DNA of 64,000 nt, from positions 1,002,851 through 1,066,850 of the forward strand of contig CAWHAZ010000005.1 in the NCBI GenBank assembly GCA_963827475.1, read 5' to 3'. This DNA comes from an uncultured Chloroflexia bacterium. Its GTDB lineage: Bacteria > Chloroflexota > Limnocylindria > QHBO01. A program made the translations under genes and the position numbers. Within the stretch, counting starts at the first letter, position 1. The number at the start of each line of letters is the position of its first letter. The notes under the pieces are model-generated. The model was not told the DNA's origin. It ran no database searches and was given only the letters and a program-made list of their open reading frames with translations. This document shows, one piece after another, positions 33,245 through 46,534 of this stretch.

Positions 33245-34467
33245 GCGGCGCTCGCCTCCGGCTCCTGTTCCGCGGTCGCGGCGCGGGAACGGTAGCCCAC
33301 GAGCAGCAGCACGAGACCCACCCCGGCGATGACGGCCGACACCACGAAGGTCACCGGGTAGCCCGCGCCGTTGGCCACCAACCCGAGGGTGATCGGCGCC
33401 ACGCCGAACCCGAGGTCGATGAAGGCGCTCGTGGTCCCGATCAGGGTCCCGCGCTCGAGGGCCGGGATGCCGACCTGGGCCATGGTCAGGATGGCCGGCG
33501 GGAAGAAGGCGACGCCCAGCGCCATGACGATGGTGCCCGCGTACAGCCCGACCGGGCTGCCGACCGCGCCCATGACCACGAGCCCGGCGATGATGAACAC
33601 GAGCGCGGCGCCGGCCAGCCGACGTCCGCCGAATCGGTCCGGCGCCCACGGCATCAGGGCGCGGATGACGATCACGATGCCCGCGTAGAGGAGGAAGAGC
33701 GGGGCGACGCCCGCGAGGCCGAGCTCCTGCCCATAGGGCTTGGCGAACACGAAGAAGCCGGCCATCCCCCACGTCCCGGCCAGCACGATGAAGCCCGGCA
33801 GCACGCCACGCGGGTGGATGAGCCGGTACCGGCCCGGCTGCCCGACGGCTTCGGCACTGCCCTCCACCGGCCGCGTTTCCGGCACCCGCAGACCGATGAC
33901 GATGGCGACCACCGCCAGCGCGGCTGCCGTCGCCCAGGCCAGCGCGAATCGGTCCTCGCCGAGGACGAGCTCACCGATGAACGGGCCGATCGCGATTCCG
34001 GCGTACAGCGAGAGCGAGATCAGGCTCAGGGCCTCTCCGCGACGGTCCTCCGGGGTGAGGTCACTGGCCATGGTGAACGCGGCCACGAAGAACGCGGCCT
34101 CCGAGATCCCCATCACCAGCCGCATCACGATGAGCATCTCGACGGAGGAGACGAGGATATGGCCGAGCATGGCGACCACCAGCAGGACCGCTCCCCCGAG
34201 CAGGAGCGGCCGGCGGCCGCGACGGTCGGCGAAGGTGCCGGACCACGGTCGCAGGAGGAGGGCGGTCACGCTGAAGGCGCCGAAGACGAGGCCGAGGGCG
34301 GCCGCGTCGCCACCGAGCGGACCGGCGACGAACACCGGGTAGATGGGCAGGGTCAGGCCGTCGGCCACGAAGTAGAGCAGGCTGGCCGCCGCCACCGCCA
34401 GGAAGGGCCCGGTCATGATCCGGGGCCGGGCGGCCTGGGCTTCGGCCAGCGGATCGGTCATCGACAT
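33241..34467 (-). CDS. MFS transporter
   Basis: GTFADRRGRR motif A; about 12 TM segments. Confidence 0.92.
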   Translation of the reverse strand: MSMTDPLAEAQAARPRIMTGPFLAVAAASLLYFVADGLTLPIYPVFVAGPLGGDAAALGLVFGAFSVTALLLRPWSGTFADRRGRRPLLLGGAVLLVVAMLGHILVSSVEMLIVMRLVMGISEAAFFVAAFTMASDLTPEDRRGEALSLISLSLYAGIAIGPFIGELVLGEDRFALAWATAAALAVVAIVIGLRVPETRPVEGSAEAVGQPGRYRLIHPRGVLPGFIVLAGTWGMAGFFVFAKPYGQELGLAGVAPLFLLYAGIVIVIRALMPWAPDRFGGRRLAGAALVFIIAGLVVMGAVGSPVGLYAGTIVMALGVAFFPPAILTMAQVGIPALERGTLIGTTSAFIDLGFGVAPITLGLVANGAGYPVTFVVSAVIAGVGLVLLLVGYRSRAATAEQEPEASAA

Positions 34468-34496
34468 GGGTCGGGGCAGTCTAGACTCCCGACCGA

Positions 34497-35168
34497 ATGT
34501 CCGGCCCAAACCCCGAGCCCTGCCCGTGCCCGCCCGAAGCGCCGAAGAGCGATGCGCAGCGCATCGGTGAGCATTTCGACGACCGCTTCCAGGACTGGGA
34601 GCCGATTGGGCCCGAGGCGACGGACATGATGTTCAGCTGGCTCCAGGAGGCGGGGCTCGCCGGGTCCACGCTCATGGATCTCGGCTGTGGCTCGGGGGAG
34701 TTCCTCGTCCGCGCGCTCGAAGCGGGCGCGACGCGGGCCACCGGCGCCGATCTATCGTCGGAGGCGATCGCCCTCGCGTCGGAGCTGGTCGAGGAGGCGG
34801 GCCTCACCGATCGCGCGGACCTGTGGGTCGGCGACGCGGCGGTCGAGCCGCTCGATCCGCACGACGTGGTCGTGCTCGACAAGGTGATCTGCTGCTACCC
34901 GGACGCGGATGCGCTCATCGCCCGCTCCACCGGCGCCGCGCGCCGCCTCTATGCGTTCGCGATGCCGGAGTCCCGGGGCTTCTGGGGCCTGCTCGCGCGC
35001 ACCCGGTGGTTCGTCTTCGGCCTGTGGGAGCGGCTCCAGGGAGATCCGTTGCCCCGGTTCATCCACGATCGGGCAGAGGTCGAGGCCAAGGTCCGCGCCG
35101 CGGGTTTCCAGCCGATTCGGACTGGCCGGCAGTTCGTCTGGTTCGTCGGGGTCTACGCCCGGACCTGA
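34497..35168 (+). CDS. Class I SAM-dependent methyltransferase
   Basis: MDLGCGSG; DKVICCYPD. Confidence 0.88.
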   Translation: MSGPNPEPCPCPPEAPKSDAQRIGEHFDDRFQDWEPIGPEATDMMFSWLQEAGLAGSTLMDLGCGSGEFLVRALEAGATRATGADLSSEAIALASELVEEAGLTDRADLWVGDAAVEPLDPHDVVVLDKVICCYPDADALIARSTGAARRLYAFAMPESRGFWGLLARTRWFVFGLWERLQGDPLPRFIHDRAEVEAKVRAAGFQPIRTGRQFVWFVGVYART

Positions 35169-35177
35169 CTGACGCGA

Positions 35178-35420
35178 CTAGGCCAGCGTCTCCTCGTGCG
35201 ACCAGCGGTACACGGCCGTGCCGACGGTGATCAGCATCAGGGCCAGTGCGACGAGGACGCCCTCGGCCAACGGTCGGGCGTCGGTTGCGGCGGACGCTTC
35301 CGCGCCCGTGCTCAGGGCGGGCACGATGGCGAACGCGGCGGTCAGGTACAGGGCGGCGACGAGGGCTCGCGTCACGATCCGGGCCGCCATCCGGCCGATC
35401 TGCTTGGGCGTGGTGTTCAT
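35178..35420 (-). CDS. Small membrane protein
   Basis: Two hydrophobic helices in 80 aa. Confidence 0.55.
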   Translation of the reverse strand: MNTTPKQIGRMAARIVTRALVAALYLTAAFAIVPALSTGAEASAATDARPLAEGVLVALALMLITVGTAVYRWSHEETLA

Positions 35421-35503
35421 GGCCGGGAGTGTCGGGCCCGATGCATCGCAATCCGACACCACCGCGCCGATCCTGGCGGCTACAGATGCGTATCAGCTCC
35501 GCT

Positions 35504-38116
<2,613 letters not shown>

Positions 38117-38224
38117 GGCCCGATGGTAGCGCGTGTAGTGGCGGCCGCCCCTGCGTGCGGTCACCCGCCAAGGCTGAGGTCCATCGAAGACCAGTCGCAT
38201 GGGAGGGCCCGTGCCATGAACATG

Positions 38225-38270
38225 TTTCGTGCTAAGAGACCGAGCGCCACCCTAATGCGTTAGCACGAAA
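38225..38270. repeat. 11-bp inverted repeat, possible operator
   Basis: TTTCGTGCTAA-N24-TTAGCACGAAA in an AT-richer intergenic patch. Confidence 0.55.
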
Positions 38271-38305
38271 TCCGTCCATACCGACCCCCAGCGTCGTCTC
38301 GACGC

Positions 38306-38537
38306 CTACCACTCGCTGGAACGGCGGCGCCTCGCCTCGTCATTCAGGTCGCGGGGACGGATCGGCCGGGGGAATCGCGGCCTGGGGAGGCGCCGCCGGC
38401 GGGCCGAAGGAGGCACTCCGGCGTACTCGGCGAGGTGGTCCTCGAGAACAGCGTTGATCGAAGTTCCTTCTCGGCGTGCGCCGCCAGTCGGCTCGAAGGA
38501 GAACGAGGTACTCAACCTTGATGGTCAGATTCGACAG
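38306..38537 (-). CDS. Ribbon-helix-helix (DUF6364-like antitoxin) protein, frameshifted or pseudogene
   Basis: Joining two frames gives SNLTIKVEYLVLLRA..ARREGTSINAVLEDHLAEYAG, an RHH pattern. Confidence 0.55.
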
Positions 38538-38646
38538 GGGGAGCCTTCGGTTTGGCTCTGCGAACATCCGAGCGAGTACATCATCGGCATCTGACACGCG
38601 CGGAGGCTACGGCCCAGCCGTGCGGCGAGCGCTTACCGCTCGGTGA

Positions 38647-41256
38647 TCAGAGGCGCTCGAGGCCCGCGTAGGAGCCGAGGAGGCGGCGGACGCCCTGGCC
38701 GGCGAACGCGACCGTGACCTCCTCGTCGCCGCTGACCCACTGGGAGCTCACGACGATGCCGTCGCCGAAACGGCGGTGCCGGACCTTGTCGCCCGCCCGC
38801 CAGGCGAGCTCGGTGGGATTGGCGTCGGCGTCCGCCGATCCGTTGCCGTGGTGGCCGAACGTGCCGGACCCGAGGTCGACGTCGGGAAGGGCCGGTCGGT
38901 CGGGGACGGACAGGTCGGGCAGGCGCTCGGGGCGAAGCGGCTCGAGGCCGGGGCGGACGCGGCCCCAGATAGCTCGGCGAGGAGCTCGACTCGTCGTCCA
39001 GGCCACCGCCCCGCCAGGACGGGGCGCCGGACCAGGTCGCGCCCGATCCGCGTGGCTCGCGCCGGGCACGGGAACCGGCCTCGTCGCGGACCCAACCCAG
39101 CCCGGTCGGGCCCGCGGCGGCCGGCGCCGACCTCGAGCAGGTCCTCGGGGAGGTCGGCGAGGAAGCGGGAGGGCTCGACCTCGACGCCGCCACTCCCCCA
39201 CGCCGAGCGGTGCCGGGCGTGGACGAGGTACAGCCGGTCCTTGGCCCGGGTCATGCCGACGTACGTCAGGCGGCGCTCCTCCTCGAGCTCGCGCTCGTCG
39301 TCGAGGGCCCGGGCATACGGCAGCAGCCCCTCCTCCAGCCCGACCATGAACACAACGGGAAACTCGAGGCCCTTCGCCGCGTGCAGCGTGATCAGGGTCA
39401 CGCGCTCGGGACGCTCCTCGAGGGTGTCCTGGTCCGAGACGAGCGCCACTTCCTCGAGGAAGCGGGCAAGGCCCTCGGGCGCGCGCAATCTCGTCGAACT
39501 CCGCCGCGTGGTTCCGCAGCTCGACCAGGTTCGCCCAGCGCTCCGTCCCCTCCTCGGTCCCGTCCTCCAGCACGGCCCGCAGCCCGCTTCGCTCGAGGGA
39601 CGCCTCCAGGACCGATGAGGCAGGCTCCGCGGCGGCAATCGCGGCCAGGCCGCGGACGAGCTCGGCGAAGCCGGCGAGGGACGTCCGTGCCCGCGTCGCG
39701 AGGTTGGCGTTCGACTCGGCGGCCTCGACCGCCCCCCACAGCGTCCCGCCCCGGGCATCGGCCCAGGCCCGCAGCTCGGACACGGTCTTGTCCCCAATGC
39801 CGCGGGTCGGGACGTTGATCACCCGCTCCAGCGCGACACGGTCGCCGGGGTTGCGGGCCAGCCGGGCGTAGGCCAGGGCGTCCTTCACCTCGCGCCGCTC
39901 GTAGAACCGGACCCCGCCCACCAGCTGGTACGGGATCCCGAACCGCATGAACGCCTCCTCCAGGACGCGGCTCTGGGCGTTGACCCGGTAGGCGACCGCG
40001 ATGTCGCCGAAGCGCATCGGTCCGGACGCGCCGGCCGCCGCCGTCGGGGCGTCGGCCTTGCCTCCCTCGTCATCGGTCCCGTCGTCATCGGTCCCGTCGT
40101 CCGGCCCGTCCTCCGCCCGAGTCGTCAGCAGCGAGGCCCAGCCCCGTCGCCGATCCGCCGACGAGGCCAGCCGCTCGACCTGGCGCGCGACGAACTCCGC
40201 CTCCTCGTACTCGTTGTAGGCATCGAACACCTGGACCGCGGCCCCCGCTCCGCGATCGGTCCACAGCCGCTTGTCCTTGCGACCCTCGACCCGGGAGACG
40301 ACCGCGTGGGCGGCGTCGAGGATCGTCTGGGTGGATCGGTAGTTCTGCTCGAGCTTGACGACCTTCGCGTCTGGCCAGTCCCGCTCGAAGTCGAGGATGT
40401 TCCGCAGGTCGGCCCCGCGCCAGGAGTAGATGCTCTGGTCGTCGTCTCCCACCACGGCCAGGTTGTGGTGGACCGCGGCGAGCAGGGCGCAGAGGCGGTA
40501 CTGGGCGCGGTTGGTGTCCTGGTACTCGTCGACGAGGACGTACTGCCAGCGGCGCTGGTAGCGGGCCAGCACCTCGGGGTGCTGCTCGAACAGGAACACG
40601 ACCCGCAGCAGCAGGTCGTCGAAGTCGGCCGCGTCGCTCTCGGCCAGGTCCCGCTGGTAGGCCTCATAGACCTGGGCCGCGGTCTCCTCCCAGAAGTTGT
40701 CCGCCTGCCGTTTGGCGGTGGCCGGGTCCGCCAGCTCGTCCTTGCGCTGACCGATGAACGCGAGCAGGGCCGAGGGCGCGAACCGCTTGTCGTCGAGGTC
40801 CAGCCGCCGAATCGCCTCCTTGATGACCGCCAGCTGGTCGGCCCGGTCGTAGATCGTGAAGCTCGAGGTCAGACCGATGCGATCACCCTCGCGTCGCAGG
40901 ATCCGGGCGCAGATCGAATGGAAGGTGCCGATCGTCGCCTCGCGGGTCGCCTCCGGACCGATGAGCCCCGCGATCCGGTCGCGCATCTCCCCGGCCGCCT
41001 TGTTCGTGAAGGTGACCGCCACGATCCGGTACGGGGGCACGCCGCTCGCGACCAGGTGCGCGACCCGGTGGGCGAGGACCCGGGTCTTGCCGCTCCCCGC
41101 ACCGGCCAGGATGAGCAGGGGTCCGTCGACGTGCTCCACCGCTTCCCGCTGGGGCGGGTTCAGGGCGGCGAGAATCGCCTCGGTGGTCGGTGGTATCGCG
41201 CGCTCGGGTGGATTCTTCGCCGGTGATTCCACCCGCGGAGCGGGCTTGCGGGGCAT
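38647..41256 (-). CDS. pcrA: ATP-dependent DNA helicase PcrA/UvrD; apparent frameshifts after about 39485
   Basis: [46 protein letters not shown]-terminal VRHRRFGDG. Confidence 0.93.
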   Translation of the reverse strand: MPRKPAPRVESPAKNPPERAIPPTTEAILAALNPPQREAVEHVDGPLLILAGAGSGKTRVLAHRVAHLVASGVPPYRIVAVTFTNKAAGEMRDRIAGLIGPEATREATIGTFHSICARILRREGDRIGLTSSFTIYDRADQLAVIKEAIRRLDLDDKRFAPSALLAFIGQRKDELADPATAKRQADNFWEETAAQVYEAYQRDLAESDAADFDDLLLRVVFLFEQHPEVLARYQRRWQYVLVDEYQDTNRAQYRLCALLAAVHHNLAVVGDDDQSIYSWRGADLRNILDFERDWPDAKVVKLEQNYRSTQTILDAAHAVVSRVEGRKDKRLWTDRGAGAAVQVFDAYNEYEEAEFVARQVERLASSADRRRGWASLLTTRAEDGPDDGTDDDGTDDEGGKADAPTAAAGASGPMRFGDIAVAYRVNAQSRVLEEAFMRFGIPYQLVGGVRFYERREVKDALAYARLARNPGDRVALERVINVPTRGIGDKTVSELRAWADARGGTLWGAVEAAESNANLATRARTSLAGFAELVRGLAAIAAAEPASSVLEASLERSGLRAVLEDGTEEGTERWANLVELRNHAAEFDEIARARGPCPLPRGSGARLGPGHPRGASRARDPDHAARGEGPRVSRCVHGRAGGGAAAVCPGPRRRARARGGAPPDVRRHDPGQGPAVPRPRPAPLGVGEWRRRGRALPLPRRPPRGPARGRRRPPRARPGWVGSATRPVPVPGASHADRARPGPAPRPGGAVAWTTSRAPRRAIWGRVRPGLEPLRPERLPDLSVPDRPALPDVDLGSGTFGHHGNGSADADANPTELAWRAGDKVRHRRFGDGIVVSSQWVSGDEEVTVAFAGQGVRRLLGSYAGLERL

Positions 41257-41290
41257 AGCCCGATTCTAGCCGCGGCCCGCGGCGAGCCCG

Positions 41291-41707
41291 TTACTCGGTG
41301 AGCTCAGCGCAGGCGGTGTACGTCTCCCAGTCATTCGACGAGGCGTGCAGGTTGAGCGCGAACTCGCCTGTGAACAGGTCTTCCAGGCTGGCCTCGATCT
41401 CGGTTTCGGACGAGCCGTCGACCACGTTGGCCAGCGGGTACGTCGGCTGCGGCACGAGGTCGGTACAGGTGCCGGGGTGGATGTGCGCGGGCATGTCGGG
41501 ATACTCCCCGGGCTCGACCTCGACCTCGACCCGGGTCGTCCCGTCCCCGAGATCGGTCAGCACCGCGGTACCGGTCACCTCGGAGTCGTTGAGCGTCTCG
41601 AGCTCGACGGTGCGCGTCGACTCCTGGGCCCCACTGCAGGCGGTGGCGACGAAGAGGAGGATGGCGAGGCCGAGGACCGGGGCGGAGGCGGGTCGGCGCA
41701 CTCTCAC
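41291..41707 (-). CDS. Hypothetical lipoprotein (CHRD/Cu-SOD-like His motifs)
   Basis: Lipobox ATAC; PAHIHPGTC and LNLH; start overlaps the upstream stop. Confidence 0.7.
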   Translation of the reverse strand: MRVRRPASAPVLGLAILLFVATACSGAQESTRTVELETLNDSEVTGTAVLTDLGDGTTRVEVEVEPGEYPDMPAHIHPGTCTDLVPQPTYPLANVVDGSSETEIEASLEDLFTGEFALNLHASSNDWETYTACAELTE

Positions 41708-43626
41708 GGGCGCAGCGTAGCCGATGGCCCCGCGGCCGGATGGGCATGGGACCCCAGCGACGCGCGCTCCGGCGTGGGCGTCCACCCGGACGCGAGACGC
41801 CGGCGCATGGCGGTCACGAAGGCCATGGCCAGCTCCGGGTCGAGCTGGTTGCCCGCCGCCTGGGCCATGCGGGCCAGCGCGTCCTCCGGGCTGAGGGCCT
41901 TGCGGTACGGGCGGGTCGTGGTCATCGCCGAGTAGGCATCGGCCACGGCGAGGATGCGGGCCAGGCGGGGGATGGCCTCGCCCCGTAGCCCGTCGAGGTA
42001 CCCGGTGCCGTCCCAGCGTTCGTGGTGGTGGCGCACCCCGGCCCGGACCTCGGCCAACTGCGGGACGGCGCCGACGATGGCGTCGCCCAGGGCCACGTGT
42101 TGCTTGACGATGTCGAACTCCGCGTCGTTGAGTGGCGCAGGCTTGCGGAGGATCGCGTCGGGGATCCCGATCTTGCCGATGTCGTGGAGCAGGCCGGCGA
42201 GCCGCAGCAGGCGGCGTTCCTCATCGGAAAGGCGCAGCTCATCGGCCAGGAACAGGGCATGGCCGGTGACGTCCTCCGAGTGCGACCGGGTGTAGTGGTC
42301 CTTGGTGTCGACCGAGACGAGGAGACCCTCGAACACGCCGAACACCGTGTTCTGGGCTGCCAGCGAGCCGATGGTCGCCTGGTCGGCGACTTTGGTGGCC
42401 TGCCCGCCCGACGTCTTCGCTTCGCGGAGGGCGGCCTCGGCGACAGCGAGCAGGTCGAGGGCATTGCGGCCGTCCTGCGGAACACGCGCCACGCCGATCG
42501 AGACGCTCAACGGCAGGCGCTCCGAATCTCCGAAGCGCAGGTCGACCTCGGCGAGCGCGGCCCTCAGGGCCGTCAGCGTGCTGAAGAGCTGGTCTTCATC
42601 CACGAAGCAGGCGAGAAGGAACTCATCGGGGCCGAAGCGACCATACAGCTGACCCGGCTGAGCGATGCCGGCCACCACGGCTGCGGTCTTTCGGAGGGCC
42701 TCGTCGCCGGCCCGATGGCCGTGACCCGCGTTCAGCAGGCGGAAGTTGTCGATGTCGAGGAGCGCGATCGCCCCGCGCGGTTCGGACCGGTCGAGATGGC
42801 GGTTCAGCTCCTCGAGCAGGAAGCCGTGGTTCGCCAGTCCCGTCAGCCCGTCGCGCACCGCCCGCTCGCGGAGGAGCCGGTTCTGGCGGGCGAGGAGGCG
42901 TGACGCGCCGGCGAACGAGAGCCACAGGACCGCGAACAGGATGCCGGCGGCGGCCAGCGCAAGGACGAGGACATCACCGCGGGTCTGGACCACCAGCAGC
43001 TCGATTGGTCGCGCGTCCTGATAGACCTCGAACACGCCGATCGGCGTGCCGTCCACCGCCCCCCGAATCGGGACGTACAGCTCGAGGAACGGATCGGGGA
43101 GGGCGTCGGCGCCGGGGACGTCACCAGCTTCGTCGTCCGCCTCGGCCCCGTACTCGGCGATCGAGGTGTTTGCGAACGCGCGGGCCAGGTTCGGACCAAT
43201 GTCGAAGCGCCGGCCGCGCAGCGCCGGGTCGGACGAGTAGACCGCACGTCCGTCCCGCGACCAGACGATGATCCGGCTCATCTCACCGCCCTGGACCAGG
43301 CGGGCGAGCTGGTCGTCGAGCTCATCACTGAGCGCCACGTTCATGTCCAGGGCGTTGGCGTCGACCGCGGGATCGAGGTTGGTGCGGACGATCGCCTCGG
43401 CGTGCTGGAGCGCGGCCTCGACGGCGAGTTCGCGGAGCCGCTCAGCGAACAGGTTGGCGCTGACCACCGCGGTGGCGACCACGATCGCGACGCCGCCGAG
43501 CGTGACCCAGATCCGCAGACCCGGCCGCCAGATCGAGGCGGCGCCGTTCAAGCGGCGCGCGTAGGGCAGATCGATCGGGTCAGGCGGCAGCGTGCCGCCG
43601 GTGCCCGTCTCCTCCCGGATGGCCAT
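41704..43626 (-). CDS. Membrane GGDEF plus HD-GYP domain protein
   Basis: Two TM helices, DGLTGLAN, RFGPDEF, LLHDIGK, HHERWDGTGY. Confidence 0.9.
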   Translation of the reverse strand: MAIREETGTGGTLPPDPIDLPYARRLNGAASIWRPGLRIWVTLGGVAIVVATAVVSANLFAERLRELAVEAALQHAEAIVRTNLDPAVDANALDMNVALSDELDDQLARLVQGGEMSRIIVWSRDGRAVYSSDPALRGRRFDIGPNLARAFANTSIAEYGAEADDEAGDVPGADALPDPFLELYVPIRGAVDGTPIGVFEVYQDARPIELLVVQTRGDVLVLALAAAGILFAVLWLSFAGASRLLARQNRLLRERAVRDGLTGLANHGFLLEELNRHLDRSEPRGAIALLDIDNFRLLNAGHGHRAGDEALRKTAAVVAGIAQPGQLYGRFGPDEFLLACFVDEDQLFSTLTALRAALAEVDLRFGDSERLPLSVSIGVARVPQDGRNALDLLAVAEAALREAKTSGGQATKVADQATIGSLAAQNTVFGVFEGLLVSVDTKDHYTRSHSEDVTGHALFLADELRLSDEERRLLRLAGLLHDIGKIGIPDAILRKPAPLNDAEFDIVKQHVALGDAIVGAVPQLAEVRAGVRHHHERWDGTGYLDGLRGEAIPRLARILAVADAYSAMTTTRPYRKALSPEDALARMAQAAGNQLDPELAMAFVTAMRRRLASGWTPTPERASLGSHAHPAAGPSATLRP

Positions 43627-43746
43627 CGGACCGACCCTAACCAGACCAATCCGGGACCTGAATAGCCCGTAGGTACCGCGATTTGTGCCGCGGGCTCGCG
43701 ATTTCGCGACAGCAGAGGTGTCATAGGGACGTTCCACGCTGCGGGC

Positions 43747-45039
43747 ATGAACAAGAACGCCTCCCTTCTCCCAGCTCCGGATCGGCCCGTCCTGCACGTG
43801 GTCGAGGACCGGATCATCGTCAACAACCTCGAGCTGACCGATGCCGGCCTGGCCGGCTACGTCGCCGAGGTGCCAGAGCCCGAACGGCCGGGCCTCGCCG
43901 CCAACGCGCTCCGTGTGGGACTCCAGGCCCTCGCCCACGCCGGCACCGGCGCAAACGTCGACCTGGTGCGCGCCGAGTTCGGCCGGATGGTCGAGCAGAT
44001 GGCAGCCACCCAGGCCCGCGCCGCCGAGGCACTGGACGCGTCCCTGCGTGCCGCATTCGCCGACGGCGAGGGAAAGCTGCCACGCACCCTGGAGGACTTC
44101 CTCGGTGACTCGGGCAAGCTCCAGCGGCTGACGGGGGCGCTGTTCGACCCGAATCGCCGGGACAGCGCCATCGGCCAGCTCAACGACACGTTGGGCAAGT
44201 ACTTCGACGGCGACGGCTCCCGGCTGGCGCAGCTGCTGGATCCCACCCGGGAAGCGAGCCCGCTGTACCAGTTCCGGAACGAGGTCAGCGGGGAGTTCCG
44301 CTCACTCGGGGAGCGGATCACGGCACTGGAAGCCGCCAGTCGGGCCCGGGCGGACGAGCGAGCCCGCGGCACGGCCAAGGGCGTCGAGTTCGAGGACGAG
44401 GTGGAAGCCGGCCTGGCTGAGCTGGCCCGCGGCGTCGGGGACTTCCTCGAGCGCACCGGGACCGAAGCCGGAGACGCCCTGCGCTCCAAGAAGGGCGACT
44501 TCGTGCTCACCGTCGACCCCAGCCGGACCAATGGCCGAGAGCTGCGGGTCGTCATCGAGGCCAAGGACCGCTCGCTCAGTCGCCGCGTACTTGCGGAGGA
44601 GCTGACCGCGGCCCGGGCCAACCGGGGAGCGGCGATCGCGCTGGCGGTCTTCACTCCCGAACATGCGCCGGCCGGCGTATCCCCATTCGCCCTGGTCGGC
44701 TCGGACGTGTACGCGGTCTACGATCCGGAGGTGGATGGGGGCGTCGGCCTCGAAGCCGCCTTCCGGGTCGCCCGCGTCATGGCCCTCCTCACCCTGCGCG
44801 AGACCGGCGGCCAGGTGGACGTCGCCGCCATCGGTGAGGCCCTGCAAGACGTCCAGTTCGCGGTGGACAACGTCCGGAAGATGAAGGCCCGCCTCACGAC
44901 CATCGGATCGGCCGCGCAGGAAGTCTCGGGGCTGCTGGATGAGCTGCGCGAACGGGTCCTGTCATCGGTCCGCGACATCGACGATCTGGTCCGCGCCGTG
45001 GAGCCGCCCGCCGTGGAGCAGCTGCCGCTCTCGGCGTAG
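43747..45039 (+). CDS. Coiled-coil protein with a PD-(D/E)xK nuclease-like domain (RmuC-like architecture)
   Basis: Helical N-terminus, then KG.EFE...KGDFV...IEAKD, then a C-terminal coiled coil. Confidence 0.65.
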   Translation: MNKNASLLPAPDRPVLHVVEDRIIVNNLELTDAGLAGYVAEVPEPERPGLAANALRVGLQALAHAGTGANVDLVRAEFGRMVEQMAATQARAAEALDASLRAAFADGEGKLPRTLEDFLGDSGKLQRLTGALFDPNRRDSAIGQLNDTLGKYFDGDGSRLAQLLDPTREASPLYQFRNEVSGEFRSLGERITALEAASRARADERARGTAKGVEFEDEVEAGLAELARGVGDFLERTGTEAGDALRSKKGDFVLTVDPSRTNGRELRVVIEAKDRSLSRRVLAEELTAARANRGAAIALAVFTPEHAPAGVSPFALVGSDVYAVYDPEVDGGVGLEAAFRVARVMALLTLRETGGQVDVAAIGEALQDVQFAVDNVRKMKARLTTIGSAAQEVSGLLDELRERVLSSVRDIDDLVRAVEPPAVEQLPLSA

Positions 45040-45081
45040 AGCCGCCCATGACTCAGCTCGGCGTCCTCTCCCGCCGGGCAT

Positions 45082-45116
45082 GACAAGAGCCCCGGCCTTG
45101 CGGCCGGGGCTCTGTC
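45082..45116. terminator. Hairpin between convergent genes
   Basis: AGAGCCCCGGCC-TTGC-GGCCGGGGCTCT. Confidence 0.75.
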
Positions 45117-45129
45117 GGAGCTGGGGCAG

Positions 45130-45618
45130 TCAGCGCGAACGCTGAATGTCAGGATCCGTATCCGTACCCGGGAACGTCTGGCGCTCCTCCTTCGGCAGGA
45201 TGGACTCGTCGATGTCGTCCTCGACATCTTCCTCGGTCTTGTCGCCGACACCGGCTCCCGCGCCGGCGCCGACAGCGCCACCGACCACGGCACCAGGAGG
45301 TCCAGCCACGGCGCCGCCAACAGCGGCCCCAATGACTGTGCCCGCGCCGGCGCCTGCACCCGCACCGGCCTCCTCGTCACCTTCGGTGGATTCGCCGATG
45401 GCCGCGCCTGCGGCTGCCCCGGCGACGCCACCGATCACGGCTCCAGGCGGGCCCGCGACCGCGCCACCCAGGGCGGCCCCGGCAAGGGCACCCCCGGCCG
45501 CCCCGACGGCCTCCGCGCCGCTCTCGTCGTCGGTCGTCTGGTTCGTTGTCCCCTTGAGGCCGTCGTCCTCGGGGTCCAGAGGCTGCTCCCCCAACTTGGG
45601 ATCGTATGTGCGACTCAT
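45130..45618 (-). CDS. Acidic glycine-zipper protein
   Basis: Two GxxxG-rich AVGGAVAGPPGAVVGG segments; AAGGAG RBS. Confidence 0.75.
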   Translation of the reverse strand: MSRTYDPKLGEQPLDPEDDGLKGTTNQTTDDESGAEAVGAAGGALAGAALGGAVAGPPGAVIGGVAGAAAGAAIGESTEGDEEAGAGAGAGAGTVIGAAVGGAVAGPPGAVVGGAVGAGAGAGVGDKTEEDVEDDIDESILPKEERQTFPGTDTDPDIQRSR

Positions 45619-45808
45619 GTTGCCGCTCCTTCACTCTGGCCCAGCTAAGGTCGTGGGCCCGGGACACTGTCGTCGCAGTGCAATCTCGCGTCGGTGACGG
45701 CTCTCGTCTCCGGCATTCCATTCGCGTATCACCAGCGACATTCGCCGTGCGGCGGTCGGCGCGGAAACCGTTCGATCGATGGTCGACTTGTAGTCCGCAG
45801 GCCCGGCC

Positions 45809-45838
45809 ATGTCACCTTTCGGCCGGATATCGCCTCTA
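45809..45838 (+). promoter_or_regulatory. Putative ECF sigma promoter upstream of the cupin gene
   Basis: 27/30 identical to the sequence directly upstream of the ECF sigma gene (54900..54929, minus strand). Confidence 0.65.
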
Positions 45839-45993
45839 GCGGGTCATGGACAGTCGGATTGGGAATTGAATGCTGAGGCACTTCCGGGCCTCATACAGAG
45901 TGAACGCACGACCGCAGAAGGAAGGTCTCACCTGGAGTCAGCTCTTCTGGAACCCGCCACCCGGCACAGCCTGGACAGTTGAGGAGAAATCTC

Positions 45994-46482
45994 ATGACGA
46001 CCAAGACAGCGCGCCAGGCGATTCGCAGTCCGTTCCTGGCGCTGGCGCTCTTCGCGCTACTGGCAGGTACGGTGCTTGCGACGCCTTCGAACCTCTTCGT
46101 TGGGACGCCGTTGGCGCGGGGAACCACGAGCGAGTCGGTGCATTTCAACACCGGCGAGGTCAAATTTCAGACGAAGGGGCCGGTGCTGTTGGCCACGAAC
46201 TCGGTCACGATCCAGCCTGGCGGCTCATCCGGGTGGCATTTCCACCCCGGTGTCACCCTGGTTAGCGTGGCCTCGGGCACCGTGGTCCGCTATGACGCCC
46301 ACTGCATGGCCACCGTGTTTCCCGCAGGCACTGCGTTCATCGAGTCGGGCAACCACCCGCTCAACGTTCGCAACGAGGGCACCGAGCCGGCGGTCAACAT
46401 CGTCACCTTCATCGTTGCGGCTGGGACGACAAATGCTGGCTTGCGGATCGACAGTCCCAACCCCGGCTGTCCACAGAACTAG
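45994..46482 (+). CDS. Secreted cupin domain protein
   Basis: Signal peptide; GWHFHPG...E..NH cupin motif; GAGGAG RBS. Confidence 0.85.
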   Translation: MTTKTARQAIRSPFLALALFALLAGTVLATPSNLFVGTPLARGTTSESVHFNTGEVKFQTKGPVLLATNSVTIQPGGSSGWHFHPGVTLVSVASGTVVRYDAHCMATVFPAGTAFIESGNHPLNVRNEGTEPAVNIVTFIVAAGTTNAGLRIDSPNPGCPQN

Positions 46483-46534
46483 GGATCCTGAGAAGGAGGC
46501 GGGCCCACGGACTGGAAGGCCCGCCTTCCGGAAT

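Noticed and set aside
45840-45990. Riboswitch in the cupin leader
   Set aside because: No recognisable aptamer consensus by eye; an Rfam scan would be needed
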